This document shows, piece by piece, positions 1-37,845 of a stretch of DNA of 64,000 bases (position 1 is the stretch's first letter; each line of letters starts with the position of its first letter). The notes under the pieces are model-generated. The model made no database searches, was not told where the DNA came from, and was given only the letters and a program-made list of their open reading frames with translations. The position numbers were made by a program, and so were the translations under genes. Origin of the DNA: Amoebidium appalachense (taxonomy: Eukaryota; Protista; Ichthyosporea); NCBI GenBank assembly GCA_963693365.1, contig CAVNZM010000001.1, positions 14,680,418 through 14,744,417 on the forward strand. The letters run 5' to 3'.

Positions 1-10
1 TTCCCCCCCC

Positions 11-48
<38 letters not shown>

Positions 49-84
49 ATGGCCACCCACCCACCCCACCCCACCCCACCCCAC

Positions 85-18898
<18,814 letters not shown>

Positions 18899-20574
18899 TT
18901 TCGGTTGTGTGTGTTGTGCAAGAAAACCTTGAGTGAACGTTAGGAATGAGCGGTGGTTGCGGTGGAATGATGGGTGGCTTCGAGGTGCGAATGTGCGTGC
19001 GTGGAAGGCAAAGTAAGCCCAGCGGGTGCACGTGGGACCAAATGATAATGTCGGCATATGTGTGAGAAGGTGAAGATGTAGAATCTAGGCCGGGCGTTTT
19101 CCCGTAGCCTCACTGTAAACCTAAAACCTCTAAAAACTGAAAGGGAAACTTCAAACCTCCAAACCCCGGCACACACGTGTACACAGGGTTGTTGTCGGGG
19201 CGCCGCAGCGAGGTGTACACACGCGAGCATGATTGGTGGATCTGAGATATTTGAAAACAGAATTTTCGCCGGATTCCTTCAAGTTGTGTTTCACTTCGGC
19301 CTTGAGCATCAACGTGCATACTGTGTATCAATATGTTATGTTTCGGGATAATTTATATACACACTTTCAAGAATTAGAAGTGATCTCTCAGACAGATAAA
19401 GTGAAACTTACAGCGTTGGTTATATCTCGAAATAATGCACAGTTGTAGCATGAGCTCTCCACTCTGACCAACATGTATATGCGGGCAGTGGGGAACAAAT
19501 AATACTGAGCCTTACATGACCTTTAACGAATCTACTTAGTCCTAGTATAGCTTGTTTTGGCTCTTTTGCACAGCCAGTGCTCACATACCAAAAATAACCA
19601 AATGTAAACAAGGTGTGATCGAATCTACCCAATAGGAAGTTCGTACTGTCCACATCTTTAGGAGTTCCTCTTGGCTGGAGAAAAAACGAAAACAGTACAC
19701 ATCTTTAGGAGTTCCTATTGGCTGGAGAAAAAACGAAAAAGCAGAAAGCAGGAAACAAACTTCGGGCTGTTGGAAACTTTAGGCAGAGCGACCAAACCAC
19801 AGTTGTAGGAACTAACAAGGTTTACGCGGTCTATTTGCCGGCAGATAGAGGTAAGTTTTTATTAGTCGCTTGTTTACACACACACGGGTACATTTTAAAA
19901 ATAGCGCGCGGTATCGAGAACAGTACATCCGATGAAGTGGGCTGACCGGCGCTGTCGCCGACAGACAGGATGCTCTGTGCATGAGCAAGCAACTTTCCTT
20001 TGACTTTACATCTGTACGAGTCTATCTTTAGTCCAACACTTTGTTCTAAACCGCTATCACAAACAAACTCTCGCCTAATTGACGCCCCGCCGTTTTCATC
20101 ACTGATCTATGCAGTTGTGTTGTGCTTTTTGCACACGCACAGATGTAAAACCTTCCTAAAGCTGTGTATGTACCTGCCCTTTGTTTCGCACGGTACCTCA
20201 CGCGCGGCTCCATTCTGGATGAAATTTTTTTAGTAAACTACCTTTTGTTGAAATCCTACGTTTTGTTACGTTCTTTTTGTTTCAAAGTCGTCTCCCTCTC
20301 CCTTTCACAGCCTCGCCATCTCTTAGACATCCTTCATACACTTACTCCCCCCTGCCCTCTGCCTCCTTCTCCCCTCCCCTCCCCCCGCACCCACCCTCCC
20401 CGGCTCTAAAACACACATCCCTTATCCCCCTTTCCCCCCTCTCCCTTCGTCTGCCCCTCTCCCTCCTTCCTTCGGCTCAACGCAGCCGTCTTCTCTGCTG
20501 CTCTTTCAAATACCTTTTCCACCTTTCCTCTTTTCCCGTTCTCAACCTCTCATCCCAACAGAACCACTACCACC
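18899..20574. promoter_or_regulatory. Divergent intergenic/promoter region shared by PUS7 and the carboxypeptidase
   Basis: Start codons are head-to-head 1.7 kb apart. Most of the interval lacks the microsatellites that fill the introns. It contains a tandem duplication with a 48-bp period at about 19651-19740. Confidence 0.6.
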
Positions 20575-21626
20575 ATGCTGGCCTCCCTCTTAACCCTTTT
20601 GGGTGCTGCCAGTCTTTGCCACGCCGGTGTGGTTAAACTCACGTCAGCAACCGAGGCCCCTCGCCTGCGCCACCCCCTGCCCCCTGCCGGCTATGTGGCA
20701 GCCAACAACCAAGGGGTACCCCCAGGCACCTGCGACAATGTCAATTCTGTGGCTGGAGTAGGTGTTTCTCTCCTCCTCTTCCCCCCCCTCCCCACACACA
20801 AAAGCACAAACACACACACACCCACACACACACCCCTCCCCCCCACACACCCACCCACCCACCACCACCACCCCCTTTCCGCGGGATACCCACAAGGTGT
20901 TTTTGTGTAGACGGGTGATTGAGTAGGTCCGCAGAGGGAGGGGAGGGGGAGGGGGGAAGTGGGAAAGGAGACATGTTACTAACAAAATGCATATACGGAA
21001 ACCATCCACAGTACTTCCCGGTGGGGCAAGACAAGAACTACTTCTACTGGATCTTCGAGTCTAGGGGCAACTACACCACAAGCCCGGTGGTGCTGTGGAT
21101 GACCGGAGGCCCCGGCTGCTCGTCTGAACTGGTGCGTTGTGTACCAATCAAAATTCACGGCTTCATGTAATGACATATGGTGGAATAATGCAGTTGTTCA
21201 CTCGAAATATTGTACTGTATGCATGTGCGAGATGTCTTATAGGTCTACCTTTGGTGTCATACATCCTTTGGGAGGTGTGTGTGTGTCGGGGGAGGGGAGG
21301 GGGGGGGGCGGGGGCGGGGAGCGGGGAGGGGGAGGGGGGGTGGGGGGGGATGTGATCTTTAGTGAGATGATGAAATGTACCCCCTGGGCTTTTCCCCTTC
21401 GACCTCTGCCTGGATACTATCTTCCTATCTTCCCTAATCCTCCCCCCCCCGCCCCCGCTCGAAAGCCTACCCGTCTCCCCCCCCCCCCCCCTTCCCCAAC
21501 CTACGTATAAATAATCACACACACATACACACACCCTCAGACCTCACGTATCAACCCCCCCAAAACTGCAAATCCAACAGCACTGCTCACCTCCCACACT
21601 CTTCTGATTATCTCCTCCTTTCTTCT

Positions 21627-21692
<66 letters not shown>

Positions 21693-21706
21693 TTCTCTCC
21701 GCCCAC

Positions 21707-21743
<37 letters not shown>

Positions 21744-22000
21744 CACCCACCTCTCTCTCTCTCTCCCCCCCCCCTCCCCCCTCTCCCCCCCCCCCCCCCC
21801 CTTCCTCTCTCACTCTCCTCTCCCTCTCTCTCTCTCTTTCCTCCGTCTCTCCTTCCCTCCCTCCCTCCCTCCCTCCCTCCCTCCCTCCCTCCCGTCTCCT
21901 CTCTCTACCTCCCCCCCGCCGCCTTCCCCAGCCCCCCCCTTCCCCCCCCCCCCCCCCCCCGTCCTCTCTCCCTATTAGTTTCTGTTTCTCTCTTCCACAG

Positions 22001-22039
<39 letters not shown>

Positions 22040-22105
22040 CCCCCTGTCCCCCCCCCTCCCCCACCACCACCACCACCACCACCACCCCCTCCCCTCCCCC
22101 CCCGC

Positions 22106-22169
<64 letters not shown>

Positions 22170-22401
22170 CCCCCCCCCCCCCCCCCTCCTCCTCCAGGCG
22201 CTTTTCCATGAGAATGGGCCGTGCAAGATCAACGATGACCACAAGACCACACGGCCCAATCATTGGTCGTGGAACCAAGAGGCCTCCGTCATATACATCG
22301 ACCAGCCAGCTGGCGTTGGTATACACCTTTCGCCCCCACCCCCGCACCCACCCCTTCCCCCCCCCCCAACACATACACACAAACACGTGCACACACATGC
22401 G

Positions 22402-22447
<46 letters not shown>

Positions 22448-22781
22448 TCACCTGAGATCACATCCTCTCCATACCATTTCAGCGCTCTCTGTCTTGTTCC
22501 TTCCCCCCTGCCCCCCTCCCTTGCCCCCTCCCCCAAAGAAGCAGAGAAAAAGAAAAGAAAGAAATTTTTAAACAAAAAAAACAAAAAAGGAGAAGGAGAA
22601 TAAGAAGCAGAAGAAAAGAGCGGAAGGAAGCACCAAAAGAAAAAGAAAGACAAAACACACTTCTGCCAACTCCCACCATCGCCATGGATTTATGGGCCAC
22701 TCACCTATTCCTCCACCCCCCTCCCCCCCCCCCCCTCCCTCCTCCTCCTCCACCCCCTTCCACCTCCTCCCCCCCCCACCA

Positions 22782-22855
<74 letters not shown>

Positions 22856-23568
22856 ATTAACTCATTACACCACACTCGGCAGGGTTTAGCACTGGCCCAG
22901 TCAACGACACCGGGGAGAGGGATGTTGCCAAAGAGATGCACACGTTTTTGGAGCACTTTTTCGCTGCGAACCCGGAAATTGCAGACAACGAATTCTATAT
23001 CACGGGAGAATCGTAAGAACCCCCCCTACCCCCCTCCGCCTCCTGCCTCCCAGCACACCAAAGAGAAAGGAGGGCAGGGTTGGGAGGTTGGGGGGGAGGG
23101 GGGGGGGGGGGGGATTGAGAGAGAGATAATATGGAAAAAAGCAAATGGTGTGTTTTTTGTTTGGGGGGGGGGGGAGGGGGGGGCGGATAGGGCAAGAGAG
23201 AGAGAACAGGACAAAGAGTACAAAAAATACAATCTCAGTTCGAACACACGAATAAATCTCTTCTTTTCAGTTACTGCTGTGCTCCACTTTTTTCTCTTTC
23301 ATTGTTCACATCTGCCAGTTTAGCTCTCGATAGGTCACTTGTTAATATTTGAGTTGAGCTGGCGTCGTTTTTTTCCTGCCATTGTTTCAATGTTCACCTC
23401 TTGGACTAAGTACAAAAATACATACACACACACACAGGGGCACACACCCGGGCACATACACTCACACGCACGCATGTATGTGCGCACATGCACACGCACA
23501 GGCGGGGAACTCAAAGAGGTAGGTATAGATTGTCATCATCCCCCTTATTCGCTGACTGATCTCTCCTA

Positions 23569-23639
<71 letters not shown>

Positions 23640-23755
23640 ATGGTGGCCACTATGTGCCTGCCGTAGCGGCCAAAATCCTCAAAGAGAACCAGAAGGGGGC
23701 AGTAAAAATCAATCTCAAAGGGGTTGGCATCGGAAACGGTCTCACTGTATGCATT

Positions 23756-23788
<33 letters not shown>

Positions 23789-23992
23789 TGCGCTTCCCAC
23801 ACACACACAGACACATGCACACACCACCAACACCCCGCCCCACCATCTTCCCCACGGCGCAAATTGCGTTTCTCTCTCTCCCCCCTCTTGCTCCCTCTCT
23901 CTCCCTCCCTCCCTCCCTCCCTCCCTCCCTCCCTCCCTCCCTCCCTCTCGCCCTCCCTCTCTCACTCTACCTCACACACACACACACACACA

Positions 23993-24062
<70 letters not shown>

Positions 24063-24072
24063 CTTTCTCCCC

Positions 24073-24113
<41 letters not shown>

Positions 24114-26008
24114 CCCCCCCCCCCCCCCCCCCCCCTTACCGCCCCCCATCACACTGCCGCTGCCCCAGCTTCCTCCTCATGTAAACTCCCACCTCTCTTC
24201 CTTTACTTCTTCCCGTCACCCTTCCCTAGTGGCACGAAAAAAAGCGTGATTGGGTGTGTGTAAGTTTTGTGTGTGTGTGTGATTGTGAGAGTATCTGGGC
24301 GTCTGTGTCCATGTGTGTCCGTGCCGGCGTGAGTGTTTAGAGTGGGGCGGGGAGGTGAGGAGGGGGGGGGGGGGGGGGGGGGGATTTTTTGAAAAATATC
24401 TAGCACGCTCAGGATACGGGAGGGGGGGTCTATATGTCGTTATTACAACTTGCACAAACTAAACACTGCACAGCAACAAGAGTTACATGTGAGAGAGTTC
24501 AGTGGTGAATGCCGTGTTTCTATACCCACATCATGTAGTTTGTCTCGCCCCTCCCCCCCCCTCCCCCCTCCCCTCCCCCCCCCCCCCCCCCTCCTCCCCT
24601 CCCCCTCACTCCTCCCCTCCCATCCCCCCCTCCCACACACACACACACTCAAAATCTGTTATAAAATAGAATGTTAGCTGCCTTGTGCAAGCATAATATG
24701 CTTGCTCCTAAGGAGCCTTTACTGACCTGCAGTGGTGGGGTTGGGCACACAGAACCCTCTCATCCAGTTTGACAAGGTGAGTGATATGGCTGCTGCCCGT
24801 CGAACACACACAGTGTGACAACACACACACACGCACACACACACACACATTTCACACACACACACACCAACGGATAAGCATATATTTGCTTTGGTTAGTG
24901 CTCCACTGATTTCAGCCATGTGGCCGAAAAAAAGGGGGGGGGGGGGGGGGGGATTGGACTCTTGAAGACTATTTGTTGTTGCTGTTGTTTTTTTTTGTTT
25001 GTTTGTTTTTGTTGTTGTTGTTTTTTTTTGTTTTTTTTGTTTGTTTTTTGTTTTTTTTTGGGGGGGGGGGGGACTTCATATGTTTGCAGTTTTGTCAATT
25101 AGTGACCTCCATATCCTGCTATGGCATGTACCTTGCCACCTCCTCCCCTCCCCCCCTCCCCCTCCTCCCTCCCACTCTTCCCCTCCCACCTCCATTTCCA
25201 AAACGGGACAACCCCCACCACCAACACACACATATCAACCCGCACCAATCACCATACTTCCTCCCACCACACTTACACTTACCACCACCAATTCTTTCCA
25301 ACACACACATATCAACCCGCGCCAATCACCATACTTCCTCCCACCACACTTACACTTACCACCACCAATTCTTTCCCCCTTAATCAGTATGCCGATTATG
25401 CCCGGGACAACCCAGTGCGACCTCTTGTGACGGACAAGGAATACAAGCACATGAAGAAGGAATTCCCAAAGTGCGCAAAACTAATGCAGAAATGCCAGGT
25501 GGGCAATTTCCCCCCTCTTCCCCCCTCAACACTGCCATTTCAGCATTTCTTGATACACGGCGAAGGGGGGGAAAGAGAGAGAAGGAAAGGGAGAAAGAGG
25601 GGGGGGGGGGGGGGGGGGGAGGGAGAGAGAGCGAGAGAGAGAGAAAGATAGAGAGGGGGGGGGGGGGGGAGAGGGAAAGAGAGATTGTTATAGTGCCATG
25701 CTCTCCCTTCCTTTTTCCTTGCTCGATGCAAATTGATTAGAGGCTCCAGAGAAAAGCAGGCGAGTTATGGCGAACCAATATGATTGGATGACACCCTCAA
25801 TATATGAATCGCTATCTATGACACCGTTGTTGTATTTATTTCGACCGTTCTAAAAGTGCAAGTGCGCCTTCCAAAATAATGTTGGGTATACCAGTAAACC
25901 TAGCCGAATTGCCTCAGTTCTTCGTTTCCCTTCTTTCTTTTCATGTTACACGTAATAGCACACTTGCAGTCACCCCGCTGACAACATCCACACAAAACAC
26001 GAAAACCG

Positions 26009-26060
<52 letters not shown>

Positions 26061-26493
26061 CGGCACCGCGAGCACGAAGCCGAATGTCAGCAGGCACAGA
26101 GTTTCTGCAATCAACTCTTGATGGCGCCCATTCAGAGTCGTGGCCTCAACGTCTACGACATTAGACGCATAGGCAACTATGAGGCTGATGTATACACCCC
26201 TCCCTTCCCCCATGTCCTGCAAGACACACATTCACACGAGCCTACACTTTCTCTCTCTATCCCCCCCCCCCCCCCCTCCCCCCCCTTTTTTTCTCTCCTG
26301 TCTTTTCCTCCATATATATTTACATATATAGATCATATTATTTCCTCCCCCCACCCTCCCCCCCCCCCCCCCCCCCTCCCGCCCCCGTTGTCCTCACTTC
26401 TCCCTCTCTCTCTCTTTCTCTCTCTCTCTCCCCCCCCCCCCCCCCCCCTCCTATCCTATCCTCCCTCTCCATGGGCACCCCCATCCCCCCCTC

Positions 26494-26529
<36 letters not shown>

Positions 26530-27215
26530 TTCCTTCACTCCTGCACACAACAACGGATTCTGAGTCTTCCGAAGAAACTGGGCATATTCACGTGCATCCA
26601 TACAAACAAAATTGTTGGCCATCCTCTAATTCATTGCACATACACATACGGAAATGCACATAACTGACTATCTTCGGTTTTCACAATACCCCCCGCAGGA
26701 CATTGTGGAGTATCTTTCACAGAAATCCATTAAGCAGATTCTTGGGGTGGGTGACAATGTCGAGTGGCAGCTTTGCAGTCCGGTACGTAACTCCCAGCTC
26801 TGCTCCCGTATTTCCCCCCCCGTGGGGTTTTCCCTCTGGAGGTTGTAAATTTTATTTTTTTTTGATGGGGTTTCCATGGCGACAACCTACAGCTTATGCC
26901 CTCGGCAAACTGTTTGATCCTGTTGCAAATTCATCTAAACCTTTGTGACATTCTCGGTTATGCCCAATGATATCAGTGCATGCGTCTCCACTGCTTGTAC
27001 TTTTCTATCGCCACCAATGTCTGTTGTCTTCGCTTGTGTCCTTATTAAGAATCCACCCCCCCCCCCCCCCCCCCCCCTTCCCCCCCTGCTGCGTGGTTTG
27101 CAGATTGTGGGCCGTCACTTCACCAGAGATATCCAAAAGGACTTCTCCTATGACGTCATTCGTCTGCTTAAAGCCGGCGTGCGTGTGCTGGTGAGTTCCG
27201 GCCTTTTCCCCCCCC

Positions 27216-27283
<68 letters not shown>

Positions 27284-27565
27284 CTCCCCTTCCAGTTCCC
27301 TTTCTACTATCGCCCTCGCCTCTGTCTATTGAGTGTCTCGGACTGCCACCACGTTTGTTCACACCGCCCTGTCCCAAGGGAATCCACTGAAGATTAGCTC
27401 AAGCCACTTCAGTCCATGCATGTGAGCAGACCTTTTTTTTCCCCCTACGTCCGTGTCTGTGTGTGTGCGTGTGTGTGTCTGTGTGTGTGGGTGGGTGTGG
27501 GTGTGTGTGTCACGTTTATCACGGTGTGTGGTTGAGTGGGTCTTTTATTATTAAATATTATTATT

Positions 27566-27600
<35 letters not shown>

Positions 27601-27980
27601 TGTTGAGACCCACTTCTGACTGAAACAATGGCCACGTGTCAGATCTATGCGGGAGATGACGACTACATCTGCAACTATATCGGTAACAAGGCATGGCTCA
27701 TGGACCTGGACTGGCACGGCAAGGTGTGTGTGCACGTGTGTTTGTGTGTGCACGTGTGTGTGTTTGTGTGTGTGTGAATGTGCACGTGTTGTGAGTGTGC
27801 ATATGCTTGTCGCCCCTTCTCAGTGTGTGCGGGTCTGTCTAGGGTATGTGTATGCATCATGGCGGCAAGTGTCTGTCGTATGTGTGGGTTACTCATGTTA
27901 ATAAGAGTGCTTTGTTACTCTGCCCCCCCCCCCCCCCCCCCCCCCCCACCCCCCCACCCCCCACCCCCACCCCCACCCCC

Positions 27981-28021
<41 letters not shown>

Positions 28022-29078
28022 AGCTCGGAGGGGGAAAAAATAAATAAAAAAACTCCCTCCCAATAAAAGCAAACTATATAGTATACCTGAGTTATAATAA
28101 TAATAATACGGTATTAATATGATAATCTAGTAATATTAATGGTTGGTATTAGGACTGGATCATAATAATGGTACATAATGCTTGAGTAACCGTGATAATA
28201 ATGGTAGTAGTATTTAGTATGGAGCAGTCACAAATGCTGAAGGATCCAACGCCGTTGCTATTCCCGCAATATCAAATTTTGCACACACTGTACAGCCCAG
28301 TATACTTTTCCAAATCATCGTTCCCTCCGCCAGCCGCACAACTGCCACTAATGTAACCAAATGTATGTACCACAGCGCCAGTTTGTGAAGGCCCACGACA
28401 AGCCCTGGATGGTTGCAGGCATGCAGGCAGGGCTGGTGCGCAGCCACGAGAATCTCATCTGGCTGCAGGTCCATGACTCGGGACACATGGTACGTGGGTC
28501 CTCAAGACACACACGCACGCGCAAACATAACCGCGCGCACGCACACACTTGTGCGAGTGCAATGCCATACAGCCTATTGGCCGGTCCGTCTTACATTGGG
28601 CCTGGCTGGTGGTTGCTCACAATACACCCACACATACATGTACACATACACACGTGCCCGCACACACACACACACACACACGTACACACGCACCATGATA
28701 TAGATCTCAACGCACAAACACACGCATGCACCATCATTTCCTTTTTTGTGTACACACACACACACACATACACCATGATACAGATCTCAACGCACAAACA
28801 CATGCGTGCACCGTCATATCCTTTTTTGTCGTGCGTGTGTGTGTGTTGGGGGGGGGGGAGGGGGGGTATTTGAACGTGAGGCAGCCTCCCATCCCACACC
28901 ATGTTTTTTTCTGGGCGGTGGGGGTTGGGGGGGGGGGGGGGGGGGGGATCTAATGTTTGATAGTAGTAAATATGATTATGACCATATATGGGCAATGCAC
29001 GTGCAGGTGCCCATGGACCAGCCACAGCGTGCCCAAGTCATGATCAACCTCTTCCTCAAGAACCACAAGTTTGCCTGA
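20575..29078 (+). CDS. Secreted serine carboxypeptidase, peptidase family S10 (CPY/SCPL-like), 13 exons, about 454 aa
   Basis: Exons: 20575-20757, 21012-21131, 22198-22318, 22883-23012, 23638-23746, 24753-24776, 25388-25498, 26061-26189, 26699-26782, 27104-27190, 27643-27723, 28376-28489, 29007-29078. Signal peptide-like start [17 protein letters not shown]. Motifs [30 protein letters not shown]. Catalytic triad in GESYGG (Ser), [10 protein letters not shown] (Asp) and SGHMVPMDQP (His). Confidence 0.96.
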
Positions 29079-29910
29079 CCCGACAAAAACACAACCTTTG
29101 GCATGTACAGCCCGACTTGGACCCGTTAAACTGCATGGTTCTGGAGCGTTGCTCGGCCCTGTGCTGATATGTATATTAGCGCCCCCATATTGTCTTGTGC
29201 ATTAATACACGATGATACATTTAGACCTAGCTAGACGAATAGATGGTAGCATAATGCTGTTTACAAAGGCACATTAATTTAAAGCCTATGATCATGGGTG
29301 TTTCTCACTGTGACGTAGGTAAATCTTACGGCCACGTGCTTTTTCCGGTCCGGTCCTTATTATTATTATGAAGCTTAGTATGTCGAATAGATAGACGAAA
29401 ATGCTACAAAGAAAATATGTATATCTGGGTGCATGTATCTATGTGCGACCGCTGCAAATGTGCACGGTCGTAGGCCCTTGCATAAATGAGATATAACATA
29501 ATAAACCCACCAACTTCCCGACAGTGTGCTGAGAATGCTGATGATGCATACGTACATACAGTAATTTAAAAGGGGTCTCATTTTTATGGGCCAACTTATA
29601 TTAGGGCCAAAATGCTGCTTTGTGCCGCAATAGTGCGCATATATATATATAAGGGGGTTTACGCTGTTTACTCGAGGCAAAGAGAGACCAGTCTCAGGTA
29701 TGGGGGGGTCTTGCTCGGAATATCCCCTCAGCGGTATATCATGATCACGTACATAGATGTCGGGTGATGACTATATATCAGGGTTTCCCGTAAGGCTTCT
29801 CTACGAGACACCATAAAGACTAAGAGAAATCAATTAGTTGGGGTTCCCCGTTTTTTTGTTTGTTTTTTTTTTGGGGGGGGGGGGCTCCCCTGGGACACTC
29901 GGTATCAGCT

Positions 29911-29980
<70 letters not shown>

Positions 29981-30576
29981 TGTGTGTGTGCGTGCGCTTA
30001 GAATTTTGTAGTGATGTGTTTCTCAAGCCAATCAATACATCTAATAAACAGGTCGTAGTTACGCATGTTTAGTATAAAATCAAGGATGTTGTAATTTACA
30101 GGTAGGCTATCTTTCTGGGTGTCTGTTGTGAATGTGACGTGTGTGTGTTGCGGTATTATGTGGTCTATCAAACTACATTTGGCGATACATGACCGTTTAA
30201 ACTGGTGTGTGTGTGTGTTGTTTGGGCATGCAAACGATGCCACCTTATACTTATTAGATCTCCACTGTATAGCACGTGTACAGTAAAAGCGTGGTAATTG
30301 ATCAATAATACCATCAGCTAGAGAAAGGCCAGTTCTACAGGAAGGTAATATGTATTTAGGTGTTATACATTTGCGAGTGCCATATTTGGCAATATGGTTG
30401 AGGCGGTCAGTATATATAAAACGAGACATAAGGCTTAGTTTTTCAAGGTGTCTGCTTTCATCGGGTCTAGTGTCGTGTGGTATCTTTTTCCGTTTGTTAT
30501 ATTGCGTAATTATCTTGTGATTGTGTACATGTTTAATAAAGGCTCGATCCATCCACCCCTCCCTGGGTTTGTTGGA

Positions 30577-30611
<35 letters not shown>

Positions 30612-30639
30612 CTCTATGTCCCTCTCTCCCCATGCTCTT

Positions 30640-31169
30640 TATGTACTTTGCACCTTAAAAAGTATTCTCATCTTCATTCCCCGCCCCCCAGGCCATGGAT
30701 ACTTCTGGACCTTTCTGGACTGCCAACACGTGGCACCACCCGCATGCATCAACCCTGCGCCCTGCCTTCTGCTGCTCTCAGCCCTCCACCTTCCCACCAC
30801 TGCCTCCCTCCTGCCGCTACCACCACACACACCAACATGGGAACAAAGCATTGAAACACGACACAACACAACACAACAAAGTTACACCACACACACATGC
30901 ACACCCACACAGACACGCATGCACCCGTTCGTGCGCGTACCCACACATGCACATGCAAGCACGCACGCATGCATGCACCCACATGTGCACGCACGCAAAC
31001 ACGCGCACACGCACAAACACACGCACAAACACACGCACACGCACACGCACACGCATACACACACGCATACACACACGCACACACACACACGCACACACAC
31101 GCACACGCACACACACGCACACACACGCACACACACAAACACAAACACACACACAGACACACACACAGA

Positions 31170-31266
<97 letters not shown>

Positions 31267-31657
31267 AAACACACAAACACACAAACACACACAAACACAC
31301 AAACACAAACACACACACAAACACAGCACACAAACACAGCACATGGCAACATCGACAACGTAGAAACCCCCGGCAAGTCATCTCGATACACAAAAAGGTG
31401 CGTGCCAGCTTCAACACAAGTCCTCTCCCCTCCCTTTGCCCATCAACACGCAACCAAGCCTGAGCCCGACTCGATTCGATTCCACCTGGCCCTATGCTGA
31501 GTTGAGCCTGTAATAGTTTTGACCGACCCTGCCCGACCAAGCCAACCGACCGGATGCTGTGTGCTGGCTCTGACCCGTAGCCGTGATCCCCACAGGACTG
31601 CCACTGGTTTTCTCGATTGATCTGTAATGCTGCACTGTGAAAGGTATATCCCCCCCC

Positions 31658-31695
<38 letters not shown>

Positions 31696-33550
31696 CTCCC
31701 CGCCTGCCCTTTCTCCTGTTCCCCCAACATACCCACACACACACGCCCGCACACAAAATGGTATCCCGTCTCTCCTCTACCTCTCTAGCTCCCCCAACAT
31801 ACACGCGCGCAAACACGCACACACGCACTCTTCGTCTCTCTCCTCCCGCTCACTGACACATACAACACGTGCATACCTTACATATCGAACACACGCACAC
31901 ACACACGCACATTCACACACACACGTATGAACACACGTGCACACGCACGCGCGCACACACGCACATGCACACACACACGTTTATCCTTGCTCCCACATTT
32001 ACATCATGTGTTCTCGATACAAAAGAAATCACTTATGCACACATCATGCATGCTTGCAGACAAGCCCCTGGCGGTAAGTATCTCTCTTCTCTATCTCCCT
32101 TCTGGTGGATTCTGATTGGGTGTTTGCAGGTGTGGAGATCGGCACGACACTCAGCACTAACTATATGTTGCTATAAATAGTGTCAGACATATGTTTGCGT
32201 TACTGTTGTATTGCTCCTGTATCGACTCACAACACGTGTTTAAAATTCTACTAGCTGACTTGTCCATCACACCATCGGCTTTTGCTTTCTGTAAATCTTT
32301 AATTCCAGATATCTGATGCTCACTTTTTGTCTTGTATGTCTTGTATGCACAGCTAATGTCTAGTGTATGCACTGCCGAAGAAACACTTGCTAGCCATCTT
32401 TTTTATCTGCTTTGTGCTATCAGCAATATGTGTATTCGTTGCGTTATATGCTGTTTTCATCACATTACCTATACGCTTGTATGCCTTGCTACATCACATC
32501 ACCACCTTGCACCCTACACCATTTGCTGTAAGACACCAAGCCATAGCCCACCACCTTTTCAGCCCCACCCACCATGTAGCTACTCTCAAGTTACCACCAA
32601 GACATGCCCCAGCACCTAGCCACCTTTCACCCACCACCACGCCAAGTATGACACATCAAGAAACGTGATGTAGAGGACGTGGCTTCATTACTGCACCATT
32701 TACATCAACTGCACCATTTGCAACACCGACACCACCAAATTACCCCCCCCCCCCCCCCCCCCCCCCACCACCAAAAAAAAGAAAAAATGCTGCAAAATCT
32801 ACCAAAACAATACTACCAACCGACACTAACAAACAAAATTACACAAAATGCTGAATGCACGGTTTCTCTTTGATGGCAAACGAACTTGCACTTCATTTCT
32901 GTGTGCTGTAGCCCTTTACTTCTACGTATGTTACTTTGCCCTTTGTTTCTACTTTTTGGTGGCACTTCATTGCTGTGTTCCTTTGCCCTTTTGCTTTCTA
33001 CCTTTGTTGGGTTGTCTGTTCTGTTGCTACTTTACTGCTTGCTCCAGTCTCTTTTCGACTTTTAACCTTGTTTGGTGTTCAATGTGACTTTGTTCAACTT
33101 GGGTGTCTATTGGTTTCGGCTTCTTTTTCTGCTGGGTGCTTACTTCTTTTGTTCAGTTTCTTATTGTTTCTCCTTTGTTGCATGTCTGCTTGTTCGGTCA
33201 CACATCTTTGCTCGTCTTCTTTTTGTTGTGCTGTGTTGTGCGGTGCTGTATGGTTTCTTTTGTGATGTGCCGTTTTGTGTGCTGCCTCTCCATCTAACAC
33301 CCCCCACCACCATGCTAGCATTGCCCCAGCGTTGCTCTGTCAGCACTTGTGTGCTTTCAGTGTGCTCCGTGTGGCCTCTTGCAGCGCGCAGTACCGTGTG
33401 CAGTGTGCACCGAGTACCTGTGGGCGTGCAGTACCTCTTGCACGTGTGCACAAAGTACACGCGGCCCTTTTGATTGGCTGGTGCTTGTGCGTCCCCGCCG
33501 TCGTTGCGTGCGGGGTAGCTTTCCACCTTACAAAGAAACCCATCTGCTGC
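30640..33550 (+). repeat. Segmental duplication block A-B, copy 1
   Basis: Segments 30640-30900, 31340-31650, 32060-32190 and 33290-33550 recur in the same order at 39230-41835. Confidence 0.88.
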
Positions 33551-33717
33551 AGGCTAGAAAGTGCTTCTTAGCACTCAGGCTACATCAGCTCAACGTCCCC
33601 CCCTCCCCCCCCATCCCCCCCCCCCCCCCTCCCTCCCCCCGGGGCTCCGCGCTTCTCCTCCCCCCTCCCCTCCCTTCTCTTCCCTTCCCGGCCCCTCCCT
33701 GCCCCGCCCCAAGGACC

Positions 33718-37845
<4,128 letters not shown>

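Noticed and set aside
1-20. Telomeric repeat (CTAACCC) at the window start and TTAGGG near 63124
   Set aside because: Single units only, with no tandem array.
33340-33530. Minus-strand ORF with GRVYFVH, resembling a WW domain
   Set aside because: The flanking Trp and Pro residues of a WW domain are missing and there is no supporting exon structure.
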